Of a stretch of DNA of 64,000 bases, positions 56,266 to 64,000 are shown piece by piece (position 1 is the first letter of the stretch; each line of letters opens with the position of its first letter). The stretch lies in contig OZ220089.1 in the NCBI GenBank assembly GCA_964291625.2, positions 2,400,001-2,464,000 of the forward strand. Reading direction: 5' to 3'. The notes under the pieces were generated by a model, which had not been told where the DNA came from, did no database searches, and was given only the letters and a program-made list of their open reading frames with translations. The position numbers and the translations under genes are program-made. This stretch comes from Candidatus Latescibacterota bacterium. GTDB lineage: Bacteria; Latescibacterota; UBA2968; UBA8231.

Positions 56266-57071
56266 ACGCCCCCCGCCGCGTCCGCCTCGGCGCGGTGAGC
56301 TACCTCAACTCCCGGCCTCTCACCTACGGTCTCGACCAGGACGACCTCTTCGAAGTGCACTACGGAGTGCCCGCGGCCTGCGCCGAGGACCTGGCCGCCC
56401 GCCGCATCGACGTGGGCATGATCCCCATCGTGGAGTACGGACGCCGGGCCGCCGGCCTCCGGATCGTCCCCGGCCTGGCCATCGGCTCGCAGGGCGAGGT
56501 GCTCACCGTGCGCCTGTTCTGCCGGGGGCGGCTCGACCGTGTGCGCCGGGTCGCCGCCGACACCAGCTCCCGGACTTCGGTGGTGCTGCTTCAGCTCCTG
56601 CTTCGCGAGCGCTACGGCATCGACCCCGAGATCGCCGCGGCCCCCCCGGACCTCGATACCATGCTGCACCGCGCCGACGCCGCCCTGTTGATCGGGGACC
56701 CCGTGCTGCCCCTGGTCGGAACCGGCCGCGACACCGGCCTCTCCAGCCTGGACCTGGGCCGGGAGTGGCACGAGCTTACCGGCCGGCCCGGCGTCTTCGC
56801 CTTCTGGGCGGGACCGGAGGGGGCGGCCGGCGCCGAGCACGTGGCGCGCCTGCAGCGGGCCCACCGCGAAGGAGTTGCGCACATCGCCGAGATCGCCGCC
56901 GGCTTCCAGCGCGAGCACGCCGGCTCCGCCGTGCTCTACGAAGGCTATCTCCGCGATCGCATCTGCTACGACCTGGGGCCGGCCCAGATCGCCGGGCTCA
57001 CCGAGTTCTACCGCCTCGCCCACCGGCACGGTCTGATCGAGTCCGTCCCCGAGCTGCGCTTCTTCCCATGA
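56262..57071 (+). CDS. mqnA: Chorismate dehydratase
   Basis: 'VSYLNSRPL', 'SRTSV', 'ALLIGD', 'DLGREW...VFAFW'. Confidence 0.9.
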   Translation: MNAPRRVRLGAVSYLNSRPLTYGLDQDDLFEVHYGVPAACAEDLAARRIDVGMIPIVEYGRRAAGLRIVPGLAIGSQGEVLTVRLFCRGRLDRVRRVAADTSSRTSVVLLQLLLRERYGIDPEIAAAPPDLDTMLHRADAALLIGDPVLPLVGTGRDTGLSSLDLGREWHELTGRPGVFAFWAGPEGAAGAEHVARLQRAHREGVAHIAEIAAGFQREHAGSAVLYEGYLRDRICYDLGPAQIAGLTEFYRLAHRHGLIESVPELRFFP

Positions 57072-57955
57072 ACGCCCTCTCGCCGGTCCTCCTCTACGGC
57101 CGGCTGATCAGGTTCTCCCACAGCATCTTCGCCCTGCCCTTCGCCCTCAGCGGCGCCGCCCTGGCCGCCGCCGTCACCGGCTTTCACCCCCGGCAGCTGC
57201 TGTGGATCGTGGTCGCCATGGTGGCGGCGCGCTCGGCGGCGATGGGCTTCAACCGCATCGTCGACCGCCGCATCGACGCGGACAACCCGCGCACGGCGCA
57301 GCGGGAGCTGGTCACCGGCGCCCTGTCGGCGGGAGCCGCCGCCGCCTTCGTCGTCCTCTCCTCGGCGCTGTTCGTGGTGGCCGCGTGGCAGCTGAACCAG
57401 CTCTGCCTGGCCCTGTCGCCGGTGGCCCTCGCCGTGATCCTCGGCTACTCCTACACCAAGCGCTTCACCTGGACCTCCCACCTGTTTCTCGGGGCCAGCC
57501 TCGGCCTGGCGCCGCTGGGCGCCTGGATCGCGGTGACCGGCGGCTTCGCCCTGCCCCCGGTCCTCCTCGGCCTGGCGGTCCTGGCCTGGGTGGCCGGGTT
57601 CGACGTGCTCTACGCCTGCCAGGACCACGACTTCGACATCGGCGCCGGCCTGCACTCGATCCCCGCGCGCTTCGGCCTGGCCGGGGCCCTGCGCCTGGCG
57701 CGGCTCTTCCACCTGCTGGCGGTGCTGCTCATGGCCTGGGTCGGCGCGGCCGCCGGGCTGCACCTGGTCTACTTCGCCGGCGTCGCCGCCATCGCCGCCA
57801 TGCTCGCCTGGGAGCACCGCCTGGTGAAGGCCGACGACCTCACGAAGGTGAACACCGCCTTCATGACCATGAACAGCCTCGTCAGCGTCGCCTACTTCGC
57901 CTTCACCCTGGCCGACCTGTTGATCCTCGGCGACGCGCCCCGGCTGCTGCCATGA
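57068..57955 (+). CDS. ubiA: UbiA-like polyprenyltransferase (MqnP)
   Basis: 'HSIFALPFA', '[15 protein letters not shown]', 'YSYTKRF', 'FDVLYACQD'. Confidence 0.9.
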   Translation: MNALSPVLLYGRLIRFSHSIFALPFALSGAALAAAVTGFHPRQLLWIVVAMVAARSAAMGFNRIVDRRIDADNPRTAQRELVTGALSAGAAAAFVVLSSALFVVAAWQLNQLCLALSPVALAVILGYSYTKRFTWTSHLFLGASLGLAPLGAWIAVTGGFALPPVLLGLAVLAWVAGFDVLYACQDHDFDIGAGLHSIPARFGLAGALRLARLFHLLAVLLMAWVGAAAGLHLVYFAGVAAIAAMLAWEHRLVKADDLTKVNTAFMTMNSLVSVAYFAFTLADLLILGDAPRLLP

Positions 57956-59943
57956 CCGCGGCCCTGGACCTGGACGGCCTCCTCGGGGGCGGGGGCGAGG
58001 AGCTCTACGAGGTGCGCACCCGCGCACCGGGCCCTCCCGGGCGCCTGAACCTCGACGAGGAGACGGTGATCGGGTCGCCGAGCGGCGACATCTTCGCCTA
58101 CAGCCAGAACGCCGGCATGGGCTGGAACCCCGCCCATCTCGGGCGCAAGGAGTTCCTCATCGTCAGCACCCTCGGCGGCATCCGCGCCCCCGACGGCACC
58201 CCCGTGGCCCTCGGCTACCACACCGGCCACTGGGAGGTGGGCCTGCTGATGGAGGAGGCCGCCCGGGAGATCACACGCCTCGGCGGCATCCCCTACGCCG
58301 CCTACTGCTCCGACCCGTGCGACGGCCGCTCCCAGGGCACCACGGGGATGTTCGACAGCCTGCCGTACCGCAACGACGCCGCCATCGTCATCCGGCGGCT
58401 GATCCGCTCCCTGCCCCGGCGCCGCGGGGTGATCGGCGTCGGCACCTGCGACAAGGGGCTGCCGGCGGTCCTGATCGCCCTGGCCGGGGCCCGCGGCCTG
58501 CCGGTGGTCGTCGTCCCCGGGGGGGTGACCCTGCCCCCGGAGCACGGCGAGGACGCCGGCAAGATCCAGTCCGTGGGCTCGCGCCTGGCCCGCGGGGAGA
58601 TCACCATCGACGAGGTCAACGACCTCGGCTGCCGCGCCTGCGCCACCCCCGGGGGCGGCTGCCAGTTTCTCGGCACAGCGGCCACCTCCCAGGTCGTGGC
58701 CGAGGCCCTGGGCCTCACCCTGCCCCATGCGGCCCTGGCCCCCTCGGGCGAGCCGGTCTGGCGCGACATGGCGCTGCGCTCCGGCCGGGCCATCGTCGGC
58801 CTCGAGGCCCTCGGCCTCACCTCGGCGGACGTGCTGACCCAGGCCGCCGTCGAGAACGCCATGGTCGTCCACGCCGCCGTCGGGGGCTCCACCAACCTGC
58901 TCCTGCACGTGCCCGCCATCGCCCACGCCGCCGGACTGCGGCGGCCGACCGTCGAGGACTGGGACCGCGTCAACCGGCAGGTCCCGAGGCTGGTCGACGT
59001 GCTGCCCAACGGGCCGCGGCACCACCCGACGGTGCGGCTCTTCCTGGCCGGCGGCGTGCCGGAGGTCATGCTGCACCTGCGGGGCATGGGGCTTCTCGAC
59101 CTCGACGCGTTGACCGCCACCGGCCGCAGCCTCGGCGACAACCTCGACTGGTGGGAGGACAGCGAGCGCCGTCGGCGGTTTCGCCACCGCCTGCAGGCGC
59201 TGGACGGCGTCGATCCGGCGGACGTGATCCACGACCCGGACGGCGCCCGGGCCAAGGGCATGACCAGCACCGTCTGCTTCCCCACGGGCAACCTGGCCCC
59301 CGAGGGCTCGGTCGTGAAGAGCACGGCCATCGAACCGTCCCTGCTGGACGAGGACGGCGTCTACCGCCTGCGGGGGCCGGCCAGGATGTTCACCACCGAG
59401 CGTGACGCCATGGCCGCGATCAAGGAGGGCCGCATCGCCGCGGGCGAGGTCATGGTGCTGCTCTCCTGCGGCCCCATGGGCACCGGCATGGAGGAGATCG
59501 CCCAGGTGACGATCGCGCTCAAGTACTGGGAGTCCGGCGGCCAGGTGGCCCTGCTCACCGACGCCCGGTTCTCCGGGTTCTCCAGCGGCCCCTGCATCGG
59601 CCACCTGGGCCCCGAGGCCCTCGCCGGCGGACCGGTGGGGCGGCTGATCGAAGGCGACGTGGTGGAGGTCCGGATCGACACGCGCAACCTGGGGGGCCGC
59701 GTCGATCTGGTTGGGCACGGAGAGGAGATCTTCGGTGCGGAAGAGGGAGCACGGGTGCTGGCCGGCCGCGATCCCCGGCCCGACCTGGCGCCCGAGGAGG
59801 AGCTGCCCGACGACACCCGCCTGTGGGCGGCCCTGCAGCAGGCCGGCGGCGGCACCTGGGGCGGCTGCGTCTACGACCCCGACGAGATCGTGAAGCTCCT
59901 CGACGCCGGCCGCCGGGCGCTGAACGGGGACGGTTCCCCGTGA
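57952..59943 (+). CDS. YjhG/YagF family D-xylonate dehydratase (IlvD/Edd superfamily)
   Basis: 'SQNAGMGW', '[10 protein letters not shown]', '[10 protein letters not shown]', 'TCDKGLPA', '[10 protein letters not shown]', 'GGSTN', 'TDARFSG'. Confidence 0.9.
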   Translation: MTAALDLDGLLGGGGEELYEVRTRAPGPPGRLNLDEETVIGSPSGDIFAYSQNAGMGWNPAHLGRKEFLIVSTLGGIRAPDGTPVALGYHTGHWEVGLLMEEAAREITRLGGIPYAAYCSDPCDGRSQGTTGMFDSLPYRNDAAIVIRRLIRSLPRRRGVIGVGTCDKGLPAVLIALAGARGLPVVVVPGGVTLPPEHGEDAGKIQSVGSRLARGEITIDEVNDLGCRACATPGGGCQFLGTAATSQVVAEALGLTLPHAALAPSGEPVWRDMALRSGRAIVGLEALGLTSADVLTQAAVENAMVVHAAVGGSTNLLLHVPAIAHAAGLRRPTVEDWDRVNRQVPRLVDVLPNGPRHHPTVRLFLAGGVPEVMLHLRGMGLLDLDALTATGRSLGDNLDWWEDSERRRRFRHRLQALDGVDPADVIHDPDGARAKGMTSTVCFPTGNLAPEGSVVKSTAIEPSLLDEDGVYRLRGPARMFTTERDAMAAIKEGRIAAGEVMVLLSCGPMGTGMEEIAQVTIALKYWESGGQVALLTDARFSGFSSGPCIGHLGPEALAGGPVGRLIEGDVVEVRIDTRNLGGRVDLVGHGEEIFGAEEGARVLAGRDPRPDLAPEEELPDDTRLWAALQQAGGGTWGGCVYDPDEIVKLLDAGRRALNGDGSP

Positions 59944-60551
59944 GGCAGCCGAAGTCCTTCGTCGTCGGGGTCACGGGGGCCAGCGGCGCCCTCTACGGAG
60001 CGCGCGCTCTGCGGGCGCTGCTGGCCTCCGGGCACCACGTGCACCTGGTGATGTCGCGGTACGGCCGCTACGTGATGCACGAGGAGCTCGGCTGGGAGCC
60101 GGACCGCGAGCCGGTCTTCGACTTCCTGGCGCGCACCACGGGGGAAGAGGTCCGCGAGGGGACTCTCGAGGAACACGGTGTCAACGACATGACCCGCGAG
60201 ATCTCCTCCGGGTCGGCGCCGATGGACGGCATGGTCGTCGTGCCGTGCTCGGTGAAGACCCTTTCCGGCATCGCCCGCGGCGCCTCGTCGAACCTCATCG
60301 AGCGCTCCGCCGACGTCTCCCTCAAGGAGAGGCGGCCGCTCGTGCTGGTGGTGCGCGAGACCCCCCTGAACCTGGTCCAGCTGCGCAACCTGGTAGCCGT
60401 CGCCGAGGCCGGAGCCTCGGTGGTCCCGGCCATGCCGGCCTTCTACCAGAAGCCGCGGACCTTCGAGGATCTGGGGGACTTCGTGGCCGGCCGCATCCTC
60501 GCCCTCCTGGGGCTGGAGCACGACCTGTTCCCGCGCTGGGAGGGGGGATAG
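59940..60551 (+). CDS. ubiX: UbiX family flavin prenyltransferase
   Basis: 'VGVTGASGA', 'SSGS', 'PCSVKTL', '[15 protein letters not shown]', 'PAFY'. Confidence 0.92.
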   Translation: MRQPKSFVVGVTGASGALYGARALRALLASGHHVHLVMSRYGRYVMHEELGWEPDREPVFDFLARTTGEEVREGTLEEHGVNDMTREISSGSAPMDGMVVVPCSVKTLSGIARGASSNLIERSADVSLKERRPLVLVVRETPLNLVQLRNLVAVAEAGASVVPAMPAFYQKPRTFEDLGDFVAGRILALLGLEHDLFPRWEGG

Positions 60552-60673
60552 AACAGGTGCGCCGGACGGTCTCGGGGAGCGGACCGCCCGGCGCGGGACC
60601 CGGGGCCGGGGGACGGCCGCCGGGATCGTGAGCGGGCGGCGGGGAGGACGCAACGCCCGGTCACGAGGTGTTG
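60552..60673 (-). ncRNA. Candidate sigma54-dependent sRNA with three C-rich hairpin loops
   Basis: Three adjacent stems (60559-60594, 60599-60624, 60626-60666) directly downstream of a sigma54 motif, in an intergenic region between convergent genes. Confidence 0.5.
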
Positions 60674-60683
60674 GCCGTCTTCT

Positions 60684-60699
60684 GGCAAGGCTCGTGCCA
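60684..60699 (-). promoter_or_regulatory. sigma54 (-24/-12) promoter with no downstream ORF
   Basis: Minus strand TGGCACGAGCCTTGCC. Confidence 0.65.
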
Positions 60700-60815
60700 G
60701 AGCATGATGTGGGGTCGGGGGCTGCCTGGTTCCACCAGATATGGTGGTCCCCATCCCGCCCTCCGCGCACGCGTCCGGGAAAAGGCTGCCGCCGGAAGGA
60801 AGGGGTTTCCCGTTT

Positions 60816-61925
60816 CTAGCGAGGGGGGCGAACCGGGGTGGGGGGCACAGGCCGGAGACGCTGGTACCACTCGGTGAGGACCTTTTCGGCGGGCTTGCCG
60901 AGGGGCGTGAATCCGCCCTGCTCCTCACCACCACGCAGGTCGGAGTGCCACTTCCACCAGTACATGCCGTGGAACCATGGGCGCGGCCAGAACGCCTCCA
61001 GCACGGCTTGGTAGCACAGGGCCTGCTCCTCCATCGACAGGTCCGGCTCCGGCCGGCGCGTCCACTCCCAGGGCCGCAGGCTGGCGCCGCGCACCGACTT
61101 GTAGCCGATCTCCGTGAGCAGCACCGGGCGCCCGGTGAGCTGGTGGAGCGCCTCGATCTCGTCCGCGATCCTCACGGCGCCGGCGCGCAGCTGCTCGAGG
61201 GTGGGGTCCGGCTGCTCGAGGCCGGGATCCGGTGGCTCCGCGAGGGGGAAGAAGGCGTTGATGCCGATGTAGTCGAGAGCATCCCAGAACTCGACCCGGT
61301 CGTACTCCTCCCACCAGTTCGCCGCGTACGTCAGCGGCCCCGGGTAGGCCTCGCGCACTCGTGCGATCAGCCGCCGCCAGTCCTCCGGCCGCTCCCTGGC
61401 GACGCGGGTGAGCTCGACGCCGACGCAGAAGATCTCCACCCCCTCCTCCGCCGCGATGCGGGCGTAGTGGAGGACGAAGCTCTCGTAGTGGCTCCACCAC
61501 TGCTGCCAGGCCTCCTCCGTGGCCATGCCGATGGTGCCACGCCAGTGATCGCTGCTCTGCCGGCGCACCCAGACGTGGGGCTTGAGCATGACCTTGAAGC
61601 CGAGCCGGCGGGCCTCGCGGATGCCGTGGCGCAGGTGGTCGTCGGGCGGGTCTCTCCCGAAGCGCAGGTCCGCGTCGTCCACCGTGCGCTGGTAGGCGAA
61701 GGGATTGAGGGCGGCCCACTCGACGTTGACCCGGCGGAGATGCTCCAGCGCGGCCGTCGAGGTTCCGGACATCAGGTTGTCGTCGCTGCCGTAGCCATGG
61801 GTGAAGGTCATGCCCTTCTGAAAGACGGGCCGGTGCGCCGAGGGCTGGGCCCGGAGGGGCAGGGCCCAAACCAGGCAGACCCAGGCCAGGAAGAGCGCGA
61901 ACGCGGGACGGGCGGCGGCGCTCAC
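60816..61925 (-). CDS. Glycoside hydrolase family 113-like TIM barrel, secreted
   Basis: Signal peptide, 'KVMLKPHVW', 'CVGVEL', 'TYAANW', 'IGINAFFPL', 'LLTEIGY'. GTG overlaps the upstream stop. Confidence 0.8.
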   Translation of the reverse strand: MSAAARPAFALFLAWVCLVWALPLRAQPSAHRPVFQKGMTFTHGYGSDDNLMSGTSTAALEHLRRVNVEWAALNPFAYQRTVDDADLRFGRDPPDDHLRHGIREARRLGFKVMLKPHVWVRRQSSDHWRGTIGMATEEAWQQWWSHYESFVLHYARIAAEEGVEIFCVGVELTRVARERPEDWRRLIARVREAYPGPLTYAANWWEEYDRVEFWDALDYIGINAFFPLAEPPDPGLEQPDPTLEQLRAGAVRIADEIEALHQLTGRPVLLTEIGYKSVRGASLRPWEWTRRPEPDLSMEEQALCYQAVLEAFWPRPWFHGMYWWKWHSDLRGGEEQGGFTPLGKPAEKVLTEWYQRLRPVPPTPVRPPR

Positions 61926-63421
61926 CGAAACAGCCCCTGGAGACGGTCGGTACGCGAGACTTTGGGCAGGTACCCCCGCAAGCGGCCCTCGCCGACCGGC
62001 ACGGCCCGGCAGACGGGGTGGCTGCCGTAGAAGCAGATGACCTCTCCCGCCGGCGGCGAGGGCAGGGCCACCTCCTCCCCGCGGAAGAGCCCCGCCACCT
62101 GCGGCCAGGAGAGGTCCAGGCGCCGCTCCGGCACGAGGTGCCCCCAGAGAGCCACGGCCTGCTGCGACAGATGCAGGGCCCCCTTGTGCAGACCGGCCAC
62201 GCGCATCCCGGTACGCACGAACCACGGGAATTCCCCCTGGAGCCGGGCGGCCCCCGCGGGCCTCAGGTGGAGGTGCCGCCGGCCGGCGACCAGCTCCTGG
62301 CCGGCGGGGACCTCCGGCGCGAATCCCCAGCGCTCGACGATCCTGTCCGCCATGCCGGCGGGATCGGGGTCAGGGGGAGGCCCGGCCAGCCGTCGACCCG
62401 CGTCGCCCTCGACCGGCTCCCACTCGGTGGCCCCCCGCTTGCCCACGGCCGCGACGAAGGCCCCCTCGGTAGCGTGCTCGTGGGGCCACACGCGGACGCA
62501 CCCTCCGAAGGCGGGGGGATAGCGGGCGGCGGCATCCGCCGCCAGGCCGGATGCCGCCACCGCGGCTGCCGGCTCGATGTGGACGAGCTCCCCGTACCTC
62601 TTCACCAGCCCCAGGAGGACGTCCTCGTTCTCCTCCGTCGACAACGAACAGGTCGAGTAGACGAGACGGCCCCCCGGCCGCAGCATGTGGAATGCGGCCC
62701 TCAGGAGGCCGACCTGCTGCACGCTCTTGCGGCGGGCGTCCTCGGGCGACCACCAGGCGAGCATGTGCCGGTCCTTGCACAAGATGCCGTCGCCGGAGCA
62801 GGGAGCGTCCAGCAGGACGCGGTCGAAGACGTTGTGGAACCAGCGCGCCATCATCGACCCCGGGGCCCCGGTGATCAGAGTGTTGTGGGCTCCGCAACGC
62901 TCGAGGTGGCCCACGAGCGCCGGCCGGCGCCGGGCGCCGGGCTCGTTGGCGACCAGGAGCCCGCTGTTGCCGAGGGCCGCGGCGATCTGCGTCGCCTTGC
63001 CGCCGGGGGCCGCGGCCATGTCGAGGACGAGCTGGCCCGGGCGGGGATCGAGGACGACGACCGCGAGGGTGGTGGCCTTGGCCTGGACGTACAAGCCTCC
63101 GAGGCGGTACTCCAGGCTGTGGCCGACGGCGGCGGACATGTCCGCCGGCAGGGTGAAGGCGTCGGGGGACCAGGGCACTCCTTCGGCCTTCTCCACCAGC
63201 GATCCACGCAGGCCCTCCGCCATCGGCAGCAGGGAGTTGAGCCGTACGCACGTGGAGGGCTCGGCCACCATCGCGGCTCGGAAGGCCGATGACCGCCCCG
63301 GGTCGGGCAGGAGTCGCTGCAGATGGGCCAGCAGCGCCTCCTGACGTTCCTCCTCCGGGCGCTCCAGGCCCCGCCGGCCCGAGCCTTCTTTGCACCTGCC
63401 CTGTGTTGTCGCGTTATTCAT
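61922..63421 (-). CDS. RsmB/RsmF (NOL1/NOP2/Sun) RNA m5C methyltransferase
   Basis: 'LDMAAAPGGKAT', 'VLLDAPCSG', 'VYSTCS...ENE', 'RVWPH'. Confidence 0.9.
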   Translation of the reverse strand: MNNATTQGRCKEGSGRRGLERPEEERQEALLAHLQRLLPDPGRSSAFRAAMVAEPSTCVRLNSLLPMAEGLRGSLVEKAEGVPWSPDAFTLPADMSAAVGHSLEYRLGGLYVQAKATTLAVVVLDPRPGQLVLDMAAAPGGKATQIAAALGNSGLLVANEPGARRRPALVGHLERCGAHNTLITGAPGSMMARWFHNVFDRVLLDAPCSGDGILCKDRHMLAWWSPEDARRKSVQQVGLLRAAFHMLRPGGRLVYSTCSLSTEENEDVLLGLVKRYGELVHIEPAAAVAASGLAADAAARYPPAFGGCVRVWPHEHATEGAFVAAVGKRGATEWEPVEGDAGRRLAGPPPDPDPAGMADRIVERWGFAPEVPAGQELVAGRRHLHLRPAGAARLQGEFPWFVRTGMRVAGLHKGALHLSQQAVALWGHLVPERRLDLSWPQVAGLFRGEEVALPSPPAGEVICFYGSHPVCRAVPVGEGRLRGYLPKVSRTDRLQGLFR

Positions 63422-63487
63422 CGGTGACGCGCACCCCACGCGCGGGATGTTAATTTCCGCCCTCTCCCAGATTCAGCAAGGACCCCG

Positions 63488-64000
63488 TTGGCAGCCGGCG
63501 ATACCTACATCGTCAGCGACCTCCACCTGGGCAGCGCCTACTTCCGCCACGAGAGTTTCCTGCGCTTTCTCAGGGAGCTTCCGGAGGGGGTGCGGCTCGT
63601 CCTCAACGGCGACACCATCGACGACCCGGCCGATCCGCTGCCGCCCGAGCACGAGCAGGTGCTGCACCGCCTGGTGGAGGAGTCCTCCCGGCGCCCCGTG
63701 GTCTTCGTCTACGGGAACCACGACGAGGGCTTCGGCCTCGACGAGCCCGGCGGGATCGAGTTCGTGCACCGGCTGACGGTGGACGGGCGGCTTCTGGTCG
63801 TGCACGGCGACAAGCTCGACGGAGTGATGCCGCGCCATCCCTGGTTCATCGCGGCCTTCAGGCGCTTCCACCGGTTGCGGGTCCGCCTCGGGCTGGAGGA
63901 TGTCCACGTGGCCCACTACGCCAAGAGCTGGCGCCTCCTGTACCGGGTGCTCAACGACCACGTCGCCCACCGCGCCCTGGACACCGCCCGGGCCCAGGGG
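63488..64000 (+). CDS. Metallophosphoesterase (LpxH-like), runs off the window end
   Basis: Not in the ORF track. TTG start with AAGGA RBS, reading 'YIVSDLHLG...LNGDTID...YGNHD...VHGD'. Confidence 0.85.
   Translation, partial: MAAGDTYIVSDLHLGSAYFRHESFLRFLRELPEGVRLVLNGDTIDDPADPLPPEHEQVLHRLVEESSRRPVVFVYGNHDEGFGLDEPGGIEFVHRLTVDGRLLVVHGDKLDGVMPRHPWFIAAFRRFHRLRVRLGLEDVHVAHYAKSWRLLYRVLNDHVAHRALDTARAQG

Overview
GC-rich bacterial chromosomal segment. FlgD/T9SS-like C-terminal domains, a PorV-like protein, a short RpoD/SigA-type sigma factor, the futalosine pathway and several PhyH/enolase-family enzymes suggest an FCB-group lineage such as Latescibacterota or Gemmatimonadota, possibly host-associated (inference only). 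Left end (0.25-8.6 kb): a defence/toxin-antitoxin island with an MmeI-like type IIG/IIL restriction-modification fusion, a coupled Zn-ribbon/nucleoside-deoxyribosyltransferase-like gene, and five antitoxin-type genes whose toxins are absent or broken. Middle: metabolic genes, tRNA-Met, secreted surface proteins, a stand-alone ATPase-TOPRIM gene, and a metal-uptake locus (His-rich RAPP leader peptide, His/Asp-rich lipoprotein, TonB-dependent receptor). At 43.7-45.5 kb a degenerate XRE-ImmA/PIN cassette lies between two copies of the 3' end of a DUF3604-like gene. Right part: a histidine kinase/NtrC pair followed by a near-consensus sigma54 promoter in front of PTS-IIA and a sigma70-family gene (candidate sigma cascade), a futalosine (mqn) menaquinone operon with an embedded YjhG/YagF dehydratase, and a candidate sigma54-driven ~120-nt sRNA with three C-rich hairpin loops. 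All family calls come from motif recognition by eye. No database searches were run, and start codons are best estimates.
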